From NCBI GenBank assembly GCA_963663805.2, contig CAXXMR010000011.1, positions 1 to 64,000 of the forward strand: a stretch of DNA of 64,000 bases, read 5' to 3'. Shown one piece after another: positions 29,913 through 40,659 of this stretch; the first letter of the stretch is position 1; every line of letters starts with the position of its first letter. The notes beneath the pieces are model-generated. The model did not search any database, was not told the origin of the DNA, and saw only the letters and a program-made list of their open reading frames with translations. The DNA comes from Sedimentisphaerales bacterium. Lineage in GTDB: Bacteria; Planctomycetota; Phycisphaerae; Sedimentisphaerales; SM23-30. Both the position numbers and the translations under genes were made by a program.

Positions 29913-31250
29913 CTACGAAGCGGGAAGGATCTGGGGCTCCTTCTCGCCGGCGGCAACAATTCTGCGTTTGAGGGCTGCGCTAAGCTGTTTGCGAATTCCC
30001 GCGTATGCCGGATCCAGAACAAGATTATTACGTTCATGCCGGTCCACTTCGAGATCGTATAGATACTGCTCGACATATTCAAGGGCTGCCGAATCATTTT
30101 TGCCGTCCTTGTCGGGGGCGTAAACCGAGTATTTCCATTTCGCGGTCCGAATCGCCCGACCAACCTGACTTTCGCTTATCTGAACAAAAACATCATCAGG
30201 CCAGTTTGGCGAGCTTCCGTCAACAAGCCCCTGCAACGCCCTGCCTTTCATTGCCGGAGGAGTATCGATACCGCCGCAGCGAAGCAGTGTGGGAGGCACA
30301 TCAATAAGACTGACGAGTTCGGAGACAACCTTGCCGCCTTTGAAACCGGGCCCGCAAGCTATCAGAGGAACATGTATGCTCGCTTCATGGCAGGAACGCT
30401 TGTATTCGGAGTTGCGGGTGCGAAAATGCGAGCCGTGGTCGCTGGCATAAAATATCACGGTATTATCAGTCAGGCCGAGCTTGTCAAGTTCGGCACGCAT
30501 ACGCCCCAGATTCCCGTCGAGGCTATTGATACAGCCCAGATAGTCAGGGTAGTTTTCCCGCCAGTCGCCTTCGGTATCTACCAGGTCGCCGGGTACTTGA
30601 TAATCAGCCCAGCGTTCATGTGAGCCGATGGGGCCTTCGTAGCAATGATGGTCGTTCTGTTGATGAGGTTCAATGTATGAGACAAATAAAAAAAACGGCT
30701 TATCGCCCTTGCGATCACGCAGATATTCCAGCACCCAATCGGTCTGAGCATCGACACGATAGCGACCTTCGGAAAATTCACGTTTGCTGCCGTCGGCGTT
30801 GAACATGTGACCATCATAACTGTGCGAGGTAAACTCCAGAACATCAGAAGCCAGCCAGAAATCCTGATAGCCCCCCCGCCGCTCAGGAGGAACCGATTTT
30901 ATGCGAAAATCATCGGGGCCGTCTTTGGGACCGCAGGAAGCTAGATGCCACTTGCCGATATAACCTGCCTCGTAACCGGCCTCACCGAACCAGTTGGCGA
31001 TAGTCTTTTCATCAGCGGGCAGTCGGCGATGGTTGGTGAAACATCCGATCTCGGTAGGCCATTTGCCGGTCTGCAAGGCGGCGCGAGTCGGTCCGCAAAC
31101 AGGCTGGCAGGAAAAGGCATGTTCAAAACGTACGCCTTCAGCGGCCATTTTGTCGAGATTGGGCGTCAGGGGCAGCTTTTGGCCGTAACAGCCAACGGTA
31201 TCCCAACGCTGCTGGTCGGAAAAGAAAAAGATGATATTCGGATTCTGCAT
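29913..31250 (-). CDS. Sulfatase (Cys-type, no signal peptide)
   Basis: PNIIFFFSDQQR, CGPTRAALQTG, GKWHL, SDHG. Confidence 0.93.
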   Translation of the reverse strand: MQNPNIIFFFSDQQRWDTVGCYGQKLPLTPNLDKMAAEGVRFEHAFSCQPVCGPTRAALQTGKWPTEIGCFTNHRRLPADEKTIANWFGEAGYEAGYIGKWHLASCGPKDGPDDFRIKSVPPERRGGYQDFWLASDVLEFTSHSYDGHMFNADGSKREFSEGRYRVDAQTDWVLEYLRDRKGDKPFFLFVSYIEPHQQNDHHCYEGPIGSHERWADYQVPGDLVDTEGDWRENYPDYLGCINSLDGNLGRMRAELDKLGLTDNTVIFYASDHGSHFRTRNSEYKRSCHEASIHVPLIACGPGFKGGKVVSELVSLIDVPPTLLRCGGIDTPPAMKGRALQGLVDGSSPNWPDDVFVQISESQVGRAIRTAKWKYSVYAPDKDGKNDSAALEYVEQYLYDLEVDRHERNNLVLDPAYAGIRKQLSAALKRRIVAAGEKEPQILPAS

Positions 31251-31283
31251 CGTTCCAGCCTTTCAGTTACCGGGAAGTATAAC

Positions 31284-31313
31284 AAAAAAAAGCCCCTCGT
31301 TCAACAAGGGGCT
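31284..31313 (-). terminator. Rho-independent terminator after tkt
   Basis: AGCCCCT/AGGGGCT stem with a T run on the minus strand. Confidence 0.65.
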
Positions 31314-31349
31314 GCTTAAAAATTAAATTATCAATATGTTAAAGTATCA

Positions 31350-33366
31350 TCAAGCCAGAGCGGTTGCTTTGCTGACGATATTTTCAACCGTAAAGCCGAA
31401 CTCACTGAACAGCTTGCTCGCCGGGGCACTGGCACCAAAATGGTCGATACCGATGGCATTGTCGGCATTACCGGTCCATTTGCCCCAGCCCATGGTCGAG
31501 CCAGCCTCGATGGAAATACGTTTAGTAACGCTCTTGGGCAAAACTTCTTCCTGATACGCCGCACTCTGCTTGGCGAAAAGCTCCCAGCAAGGCATACTCA
31601 CCACACGGGACTCGATACCTTGGCCACGCAACTCTGCCTGGGCACTCAGGGCAAGCTGAACTTCCGAACCGGTCGCGATAAGAATGACGTCCGGACTGTG
31701 CTTCTGTTCCTTGCTGAGAACATAAGCACCCTTGAGAACACCTTCGGCTGAGCCAAACTTGCTCTGGTCGAGAACCGGCAGGTTCTGGCGAGATAACACC
31801 AACACCGTAGGCCCGTCCTTACGCAACATAGCGGCCCGCCAGGCCTGTGCGGTTTCGTTGGCGTCGGCGGGGCGAATTACATTGATTTCTGGCATGGCCC
31901 GCAGCGAAGCCAGATGCTCTATGGGCTGATGTGTCGGACCGTCTTCCCCAGACCGATGGAATCGTGAGTCATCACAAAAATCGCCTGCTGCTCCATCAAG
32001 GCCGCCAAACGCATCGCCGGACGGGCATAATCGGAGAAAACAAAGAACGTCGCACCATAAGGAATCGTGCCCCCGTGCAAAGCCATCCCGCAGCAGCACC
32101 CCCCCATCGTGAACTCACGAATACCCCAGGCTACATTGCGATTCTGATATGCGCCAGACTGGAAATAACCGGACGATTTGATGAAGGTGTTGGTCGAAGG
32201 TGAAAGATCGGCACTGCCCCCAATCAGCCAGGGAACTTTCCCAGCGATAGCGTTAAGAACCGCCCCGCCAACTTTACGAGTCGCGACGGGTTTGTCGTCA
32301 CCGGAAAACGTCGGAATGTCAGCATCCCAATCTGCCGGCAAATCACCGCTAAGGGCCAATGTCAGCTCTTGATATTCCTGAGGATATTTAGCCTTGTACT
32401 GGGCCATAAGTTTGTCCCAGTCGGCCTCAGCCTGCTGACCACGCTTGGCCCCCTGCTGCATATGTTCCATTACACCGCCGGGAACGTAGAAAGATTTGTT
32501 TTCATCCCAGCCGTAGAACTTCTTGGTCAGCTTGATTTCTTCAACGCCCAGCGGAGAACCGTGAACCTCGGAAGTATCCTGCATATTGGGCGAACCGTAA
32601 CCGATGTGGGTACGAATAATTATCATGGTCGGCTTGTCACTGACAGACGCGGCGTCTGCAAAAGCTTGTTCCAAAGCAGCGGTGTCATTGGCTTTTTCGC
32701 CCAGGTTGATAACCTGCCAGCCGTAAGCTTCAAAACGAGCCGCGGTATTATCGGTAAAAGCCAGATTCGTATCGCCTTCGATGGTGATATGATTATCATC
32801 ATAAACAAATGTAAGTTTGCCGAGTTTGAGATGGCCTGCCAGCGAAGCCGCTTCATGGGAAACACCTTCCATCAGGTCCCCGTCGCCGCAAATCGCTATG
32901 GTACGATGGTTCACGATTTCCATGCCGTCTTTGTTATATTTAGCCGCCAGATGTGCCTCGGCAATCGCCATACCCACAGCGTGGGTAAGCCCCTGACCCA
33001 GCGGACCGGTCGTCGTCTCCACTCCATCAGTTACCGTATTTTCCGGATGGCCGGGAGTCTTGCTCCCCCACTGACGAAAATTCTGGAGATCCTCCAGCGA
33101 AACATCATAACCGGCAACGTGCAGAGTCGAATATTGAAGCATCGAGGCATGACCGTTAGACAGAACAAAACGGTCACGATTGAACCATTGGGGATTCCGG
33201 GATTGTGCTGTAGCACTTTGTTATATAAAACATAAGTCAAAGGCGCCAAAGCCATCGGAGTGCCGGGATGACCAGAATTAGCCTTCTGAACACCGTCCAT
33301 GGAAAGAGTACGAATCGTATTGATACACAATAGCTCGATGTTGGATTGCTGATTTTCCGCTGCCAT
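31350..33366 (-). CDS. tkt: Transketolase with two apparent frameshifts (near 33200 and 31947)
   Basis: Three ORFs join into one [60 protein letters not shown]. Confidence 0.93.
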
Positions 33367-33673
33367 TTTTTAACCTCTTTTACAGTGCCAATTTTACCTA
33401 ACTTCCTACGGTTATTAACCCGCAACCGGACAGGTCCGGGCAAGACCGTCAGTTTAACCGAGAAAAACTCAAAATTCCATAATTTATCAGAAAAATAGAT
33501 GAGACTATAGTGTTCGACACGACCTGAAAAATAAAACTATACTATAGAGTACTTTTTTGCCAAAAATCGCAAAAAAAAGGTTTTATAGTATAGTTTAAAA
33601 TCGAAAAAAAACGCGAAAAATGCAAAAAAAGCTCATTTTTCTTCAAAAACACGCCAAAAAATGAAAAAAACGT

Positions 33674-35217
33674 CTAAAAACTCCCAGGCCGAACGATAAT
33701 TTCAATCTCATCAGTAGTTTCAACATGCCGAACCCGCAGCCGTCGGCCATATTCGCTGTCCTCAATCGGCTCCGGCTGGTAGCTGCAACCATTCAGCTCA
33801 ACTTGGAAACCTTTGGGATAACACACGTTAGGAACAAAAATAACCGTACTGCCCCAAGGGTCACTGCCCGGAAGATAACGACAGCTAAAATCCCGACTAA
33901 CCTCATCATAATCATAACAAACCAAATCGCCCCAACCCGCTCCGCATAAGGCCGAGCGATAATATTCGCAAACGACCTCTGCTGGTCCAAATCCGGGCGA
34001 TAATCCCAGTAGGCGGCACTGAACTTGCACCTTTCCATCATTTCTCTGAACTGACGAGCCGCCGGCAGCGGGTCGCCTTCGTACATCGCATCGCCGTTTT
34101 CCAGATTGCCCCATTCGCCGACAAACAACGGAATGTCAAGCAGTTCGGCTGTTTTATCTGCCGGGTGATTACCATTTCGAGGATGCCCCACAACTCATGG
34201 TAAGCATGAGGTGAGAAAACCTGCTTATCGTCACCTATTAAGCCCACGCCGTTGGCGATTCCATAATTCGCGGTGATTGAAGCGGAGGTAAAGATGAGAT
34301 GATGCTTGTCCACTTCGCGGATGGCCTGGGTTACGCGTTTATACATTGGCATTAACCGGCTTTTGTCGGCAGTTTGCAGGGCTGGGTCAACCATCTTCAG
34401 CCATTGCTTATAAAGCTCAAGGTCTTTCTGCAAAATCTGATAAGCCTCCAGCACCTGGCGGCAGGGTTGGGTGATTCGAGCTTGATGCCCTTTTGCTGTA
34501 ACAGGGGCAGCATTTGTATTACCGAACCCAAAACCACACCGGGCAGAATTGACCCCTGAAAAGGCTCGTTCATTAAATCGTAGCCTATTACTGTTTTATT
34601 ATCGGCGTAACGTTGGGCTAAATGCTTCCATGCTTGTGCATAACGATCTGGATGCCCACGCCCTGGCCGTCTGGCTGATTGGTCCAGAAAGCGTCAAAAG
34701 CACCCTGAACGCGTGGGCTTTCGAGATAGGCCAAGCCCCAGAATACTGACGGATCGTGCAGGTGGGGCAAATGGCTGCTTTTAAGGGCCCAGGCTGGCGC
34801 CCCTCGCGCTCCCGGCACACCTACGCCCCAAAGGTCCTGGTGCATATCGATAATTACATAAAGGTCATTGGCCGCCGCCCAGCTGATTTTTTCGTCCAGC
34901 TCTCTGAGAAACGCTTCGTCATATTTGCCCGGTTCCGGTTCGAGGCCGGCCCAGTAAATCGGCATACGCACACAGTTAAATCCCCACTGCCGGATTCGCT
35001 TGAAATCGTCCGCGCCGCCACGATGCTCCCAGCGGGGTTCACATTGGCCCGCGGCATTCAATCTTGAGGCGAATCCGATATTTATGCCGTGCAGAATAAC
35101 CTCATTGCCGTTGCCGTCGCGAAAACTCCTGCCCTCAACTTGCAGGTAATCATCTGACCAGACCGAGCTAGAAAGCCACAATAACAATAGCGAAAGCAAT
35201 ATTATCCTGCGTGACAT
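33674..35217 (-). CDS. Secreted GH5 glycoside hydrolase (endoglycoceramidase-like) with several apparent frameshifts
   Basis: Signal peptide MSRRIILLSLLLL; VILHGIN, WGFNCVR, IIDMHQD, YDLMNEPF (in a shifted frame), FSPHAY, LFVGEWG, ARPYA. Confidence 0.82.
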
Positions 35218-35302
35218 GATACCATCCTCTCTGCAAAACTCATTATTCGAATAAAAATGGGGCCGTAAACAAAAGTATAAAGGCATCTGGTTTTCTAGCC
35301 AC

Positions 35303-35339
35303 AAAAAAATCCCGCTACTCAGAAATGGGCAGCGGGATT
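35303..35339 (-). terminator. Rho-independent terminator after the PEP-CTERM gene
   Basis: AATCCCGCT/AGCGGGATT stem plus a T run on the minus strand. Confidence 0.65.
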
Positions 35340-35401
35340 GATTAATCAATCGACAGAAAAACACATTATTCTGTCATCATTTCAAGACTTCTCTGGCCCT
35401 C

Positions 35402-36270
35402 TCAGGCGCGTTTGCGACGAATCAAGGCTAAACCACCCAGACCCAACAGAGCCATTGTGGCGGGTTCGGGAACCATTCCAACTGAATAATCAACATAGGT
35501 TTCATCAGCAAAACGATCAGAAACCGCGAAAATTCATCAATGTAGAGTTTGGTGCCATTACCACCAATAATACCAATTTCAAACCAAACACTTTCGCCAG
35601 CAGCGGTCATCGGCTTGGCAACTTTCAACCCTACCTGCTGCCAAGTGTTGTCCGCAAAATCCAACGGAATAATATTAAAGCCCAAAGGAGTGAAATTAGC
35701 AGTACTGCTCCAAGCACTACCGGTAGTGTAAGAATAACTTTGGACGTACATGCTTGCACCACTGCCGTTTTCAACAGCAATTCTCGCATCAGTTTTGAAA
35801 TAATCCTTATCTTCCCAAGAGAAAACATCAGGACGATAAAGCTGATAGCCATGAGATTCCTGACAAATAGCAATTCCTTCAGTAGTATAGGCAGCCAATT
35901 TAGCAATATCAGGAGCAAACCCACTCCAAGATGAATCTACCCATTCAATACCATATGTGTCAATATTTTTAGCTGGATGGTAGTAATTACTGGCATTTTT
36001 CACGGGATTTGTAACATCATCGGTGTATTTAACAGCCCACTTATTGAGATCCCAGGCAGTGGCGGCCATACCGGGCGTAAGGTCACCATCATACCACCAG
36101 GCACTGGCATCAACGTCGTCAACACTAACATCCCAATCAAAAGAACGACTCCACAATGCCTGCCAACCATCATTGTAGAGAGTAACTTCCTTGGTGTAGG
36201 CTTGCACCTGCGCAGATGCCACAAACACCAACGTAACGACAACCAACAACAAAACATTTCTAATCTTCAT
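35402..36270 (-). CDS. PEP-CTERM sorting-domain protein with a Trp-rich unknown domain (one frameshift near 35527)
   Basis: Signal peptide; after IDEFS the shifted frame reads AVSDRFADETYVDYSVGMVPEPATMALLGLGGLALIRRKRA*. Confidence 0.85.
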
Positions 36271-36459
36271 AACATTTCCTCCATTAAATTGGAACTACTA
36301 ATACATCATCCAACAGCCACGCTGCTGTTTGGATACCATTAACAACTAAAATTAATTACTTTCACAAAACCTGCCGCACACACTCGGCGAAAAAAAGATA
36401 ATACTCAAAAGAACGTTTACTTCATTAATTGCACCATAGGCATCAACCCTTTTTAATTT

Positions 36460-36498
36460 TTTTCGACGCGACAATTTTTAATATTGTCGCGTCGAAAA
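36460..36498. repeat. Perfect 16-bp inverted repeat (intergenic stem-loop)
   Basis: TTTTCGACGCGACAAT-7 nt-ATTGTCGCGTCGAAAA; no U-tract in the direction of transcription. Confidence 0.7.
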
Positions 36499-36509
36499 TC
36501 CATTTCCGT

Positions 36510-39500
36510 TTATTCCCAGGGAGTAGTCCCGGTAATATTATTAAACCAGTCATCCAGCCAGCTGTTGGCAAGATAAGCGTAATCATAGAGGTCAACGCGG
36601 CAATCACCGTTGATATCGGTAGCAGGTGCCGAAGTGCCCATCAACTCACCATGGTAGCAGTTAAGCGGGCCATAGGCATCGTATTGCATACCGGACTGAA
36701 TCTCGAAAGAGTAATCGCCGCCCGGCACGAGGCGTTTGGCGGTTGAGAGATAAACATCACTAAAGGCAAATTCAGGATTTGTCGCGGCACCGTTGGCACC
36801 ATAAACTCTCAGATACACATTGGTATCGGCAGCCGTAGCGGTATAGCTCGTGCCCACCAACTGCCACTTCGCAGCAACCACGCCGGCACCAGAACCGCCG
36901 GAGATATTTCCGGTCGCGTCGGTATAAGTCTCGGCGATCTTGGTATAGCCGGCAGCACTGCTGGAAATACCATCGTAAATCACCGTACCGTCGGTAACTC
37001 CGGCAGGAATCCGCCAAAGTTCGATATGGAACGAAGGGGCCGGATCCGGCCAGGCCGTGCTGCTGTAGTCACTGCTGTTCACGCCGCAGGCCATATCCAT
37101 ATAGTATGTCGTGCCGTTATTCAAGGCGCCGATAACCTGGCCCAGAACAAGCGTATTTGAGGTATAGAAACATACATCTTCCATCCCCGGCGAAGGTAGC
37201 GGAGTACCGTACATGCCGCTGGCCCACATTCCGCCTTTATTAGCCAGGTCATACCCTGAAGGAACTTCGTAGAGCCAGTTGATAGGAGCAGGCACGCCCG
37301 ATACCAGCCATGCACCCCAGTTATCGGAGTTGTGAATCGAATTATAAACAGGTTCCAGAGGCGTGCCAATCAGCCAGTCGATTTCATCGAAGCCGCCGTT
37401 GCTGAGCATATTATCACGACCATCGGGCCAATCCGCAGGAGCCATGTCAGCGAGATAAACATAACCGATATACGCATAACCGGCATCTTCGATCTCGGCG
37501 GTGTGAGAATTCGCATAGGAAATCTTAACCTTGATGGGCTTGCCGGCATCAGTGGCGGTCGCGGTATAAGTGCCATACAGCGGACGCCATCTCTCACGGC
37601 TCATTACGCGTTCAAAACTCGCCACATCAACGCCATCAATTTCCAAAGTCAGCGTTACGAAATCCTTCCAGCCTCTCCAGTCATCGAAACCCAGGAGATA
37701 ACCGCGAGTCATCACATAAGCCATCGCGTAATATGTCTGACCGGCAGTAACACCAGTATTGGCGGTCTGAGTCAGAACCATGTTCGGGTCCATCGTATAG
37801 GCTGCCGTGCTTGCACCCAAAGGAGCGACCGCGCCGGCAGAATAGTTGAACCGACCCCGGTCCGCTACATAAGCAATACCGTAATTACCGCTTGAAGGAG
37901 TACCTTCAAAGTCCCAGCCGGCCGGAGCTATACCGGTAATCAAAGGTTCATTTTCCGCAATATTCAGCAGACTGTAATCCGCCGAAAAATCACCGTTATC
38001 CAGCATCTCGCCGCTGCGTGGTTCAAGCATACCGCTGGAACTGCTCAGCCAGCCAGCCGCGAAGGTCTGTAAATCTTCCTGATTAACAATCGCGTCTTCA
38101 TCGAAATCGCCGGGCAGATAACTCGCCGTATGCTGACTCGTATTGGCCTGGTCGGAAACCGAGTTGAACTCATCAATGTAAACCAACGTATCGGGGTTCC
38201 CGCCCGCTATTGAGATTTCCACCCAAACGCGAGGCTTAGGAATGGCTGTGGGCTTGGGGAAAGCATATCTCAGGTCCTGCCACTCATAATCGTCTCCGCC
38301 ATTCAAGGGCCAATATACCTCATCCAGATAAGTAAGGTTGGCAGGATCAAACGGGTCGGTGCCAGAAGTATAGGTATAAACCTTAACTCTTAACTGAGCA
38401 TCTCCGGCATTTACCGCGGCGACACGGGCATAAGTCTTGAAATAATCTTTCAGAGTCCAGCTCCATTGAGGATCATAGCCCTGGTAACCTTCGTCCATCT
38501 GACAGAAAGCGATCCCCGGGGTAATATAGGCAGCAAAAACCGCTGTTGTAGCACTACGGCCACTCCAGGAAGGATCGATCCACTCGATACCGTAGGACTC
38601 GACATCCTTAACCGGATGGCTGTATGTCCCGCTGTCAAGATCTTTCATAAACCACTTGTTCATATCCCAGCAGGATGTCCGCGTGCCGGGCAGCAAGCTG
38701 CCGTCAAACCACCATCCCGTAGCAGTATTGTTGCTGGCAACATTAACGTCCCACTCAAAGCTGGCGCTCCAGAACAGTTTCCATCCTTCTGAGGTCCAGG
38801 CCAGTTGCGTTTCCTTCGTAAAATAGTTTTCCGGCAGTGGAGGAATCGCCGCGGCATCTGTTACCGTTAAAGGCGTAGCGGTACCGGCGGCGAGTTTGGC
38901 GATTTCACTGGCGGGAACATAGCGACCCGACCAAATCGCGACATCGTCAAGGGCGCCGACATAGTAGGCACTGCCGCCAGTGCGGGCCGCAATAAATAAA
39001 TCGGTGGTCGCTACCGCCGAAAATGCCGCCGAAGGAGCACTGGCATAAACCATCGTACCGTTGACATATTTCTTTAGATAATTGCCGTCGAAGGACAGAG
39101 CGATATGATTCCAGACACTCATTGCCTGCTGAGCGTAGGGTTCGGAACCCAAATCGAGCTGCCAGTTAGTGTCGAGTTCCGACCAGAAGAAATCATGCGC
39201 TTCAAGATTACTTGAACTGCCGTTCGGGTCCATGGCCAACTCATAATCATAAGCGTCAGTATAAACTAGATAAGGCCAGATCGTGTTTTCCGCTTCGCGT
39301 TTAACCCACATCGAAATAGTAAATGCGTCAGCCAGAGAAGCCAGCGGGTTTGAACCGTCGATATCAACCTGAACAAAATTGGAATTGCTGCTGCTTGTTG
39401 TCGATGCGTTAAATTCCAGGGCACTGCCGGTACCATCAAAACCGGTAGTCCAATCTGGGTAATTAGCGGAATTTTTAGACACTATAACACCCACATTGGA

Positions 39501-39626
39501 ATTGCCCGATGAATCAGCAACAGCCGTACCGCTACCCTCATCGAAATTCCAGTACCCCACCGGGGCCGCCGCAGCCATACCGGCAACACCGAACACTAAT
39601 ACCGAAAAAATTAACTTCTTCAACAT
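36510..39626 (-). CDS. Secreted LamG-like jellyroll protein with a Trp-rich domain, two CBM-like domains and dockerin-like motifs
   Basis: GGAGG RBS, signal peptide MLKKLIFS; YWNFDEGSG, FTISMWVK, WNHIALSFDG, GALDDVAIW; NGDFS and NGGFD domain starts; GDFDEDAIVN..WL and DINGDCRVD..WL. Confidence 0.85.
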   Translation of the reverse strand: MLKKLIFSVLVFGVAGMAAAAPVGYWNFDEGSGTAVADSSGNSNVGVIVSKNSANYPDWTTGFDGTGSALEFNASTTSSSNSNFVQVDIDGSNPLASLADAFTISMWVKREAENTIWPYLVYTDAYDYELAMDPNGSSSNLEAHDFFWSELDTNWQLDLGSEPYAQQAMSVWNHIALSFDGNYLKKYVNGTMVYASAPSAAFSAVATTDLFIAARTGGSAYYVGALDDVAIWSGRYVPASEIAKLAAGTATPLTVTDAAAIPPLPENYFTKETQLAWTSEGWKLFWSASFEWDVNVASNNTATGWWFDGSLLPGTRTSCWDMNKWFMKDLDSGTYSHPVKDVESYGIEWIDPSWSGRSATTAVFAAYITPGIAFCQMDEGYQGYDPQWSWTLKDYFKTYARVAAVNAGDAQLRVKVYTYTSGTDPFDPANLTYLDEVYWPLNGGDDYEWQDLRYAFPKPTAIPKPRVWVEISIAGGNPDTLVYIDEFNSVSDQANTSQHTASYLPGDFDEDAIVNQEDLQTFAAGWLSSSSGMLEPRSGEMLDNGDFSADYSLLNIAENEPLITGIAPAGWDFEGTPSSGNYGIAYVADRGRFNYSAGAVAPLGASTAAYTMDPNMVLTQTANTGVTAGQTYYAMAYVMTRGYLLGFDDWRGWKDFVTLTLEIDGVDVASFERVMSRERWRPLYGTYTATATDAGKPIKVKISYANSHTAEIEDAGYAYIGYVYLADMAPADWPDGRDNMLSNGGFDEIDWLIGTPLEPVYNSIHNSDNWGAWLVSGVPAPINWLYEVPSGYDLANKGGMWASGMYGTPLPSPGMEDVCFYTSNTLVLGQVIGALNNGTTYYMDMACGVNSSDYSSTAWPDPAPSFHIELWRIPAGVTDGTVIYDGISSSAAGYTKIAETYTDATGNISGGSGAGVVAAKWQLVGTSYTATAADTNVYLRVYGANGAATNPEFAFSDVYLSTAKRLVPGGDYSFEIQSGMQYDAYGPLNCYHGELMGTSAPATDINGDCRVDLYDYAYLANSWLDDWFNNITGTTPWE

Positions 39627-39696
39627 TTCATACCTCCGCGTAATTTTTTTATCTTCATCACCAAATGAAGTACTAAACAACATAACCACTACCCTC

Positions 39697-40569
39697 TTAC
39701 CACATCGGACCGCTGTCATGAGCGCCATAAGGCTTGCCGTAGGTTTCATAAGCTTCTCGACCAGCCACGCCGCGCACTAATTCAGAATGACCATCCACAA
39801 ATACCACGTTGGACTTGCCCTCGTTCTTATCGCTTGGCGAAGTACCATGATAGGTAGCAAAATTATCTACTGACTGGTCGGGAGTCGACTTATTGGCGTG
39901 CATCCACAGCACATTATCATTCAGCCAGTTCCGGTTGTACTCAGCGGTTTCACCTTCACGAGTACCAACGATCCAGGTAGGGTTCTCTTCGGCGAAGGCA
40001 AAACAACGGTCGGCACTTCTAACCTGCTCCAGTTTCATCGAAATTTCTTCTGCGGTAACCTTATCCAGCGCTGTCGAAGAACGATAACCATCAGCACTGA
40101 AACCCAGATGGCGATTCATCGAATAGCTGTAGGCCGGCTCATATTTCGTAATGCTAAGATGAGAACCGTTAATACAACTCATCCGCTGAGCGAAGCCGGC
40201 AAACGTCGGACACAGATGAACGTCCATATCCTCGATATAGGGCCAAAGCGAACCATCGGGCACTACCGGCGTACCATCTGAGTAGGTCTTGAAGTGCCAA
40301 CGGCAATGCTTATGACATTCTCGTGCTTCTGCGGCGATCGTCTGCTGCTTGTATAACCACGTAAAGGCATAAGGTACCCAGTCGCGATTATCCATTGAGT
40401 ACATAGGCAAAGCCAAGCCGTAATTATGCTGATTTGATGAGCATACCACCGTCTTGGCGGCTTCGCGCGCCTGCCCCAATGCCGGCAGCAGAATCGATAC
40501 CAGCAGGGCGATAATCGCTACAACCACTAACAGCTCAACCAACGTGAAACCCTTTTTGTACTTTCTCAT
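39697..40569 (-). CDS. Prepilin-type N-terminal cleavage/methylation protein (DUF1559-like, H-X9-DG-type C-terminus)
   Basis: [40 protein letters not shown]...SNVVFVDGH. Confidence 0.92.
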   Translation of the reverse strand: MRKYKKGFTLVELLVVVAIIALLVSILLPALGQAREAAKTVVCSSNQHNYGLALPMYSMDNRDWVPYAFTWLYKQQTIAAEARECHKHCRWHFKTYSDGTPVVPDGSLWPYIEDMDVHLCPTFAGFAQRMSCINGSHLSITKYEPAYSYSMNRHLGFSADGYRSSTALDKVTAEEISMKLEQVRSADRCFAFAEENPTWIVGTREGETAEYNRNWLNDNVLWMHANKSTPDQSVDNFATYHGTSPSDKNEGKSNVVFVDGHSELVRGVAGREAYETYGKPYGAHDSGPMW

Positions 40570-40659
40570 TTTGTCATCCAATCTTTTTCCAGAATCCACT
40601 TTCTGTCGAAATCTTATATCTCGAAATACCCGGTGTCCTGCCGAAATACTCTTTTTGCC

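Noticed and set aside
31350..33366. Naturally split two-subunit transketolase or programmed frameshift
   Set aside because: Breaks fall inside conserved motifs and are repaired by adding one base; neighbouring genes show the same lesions
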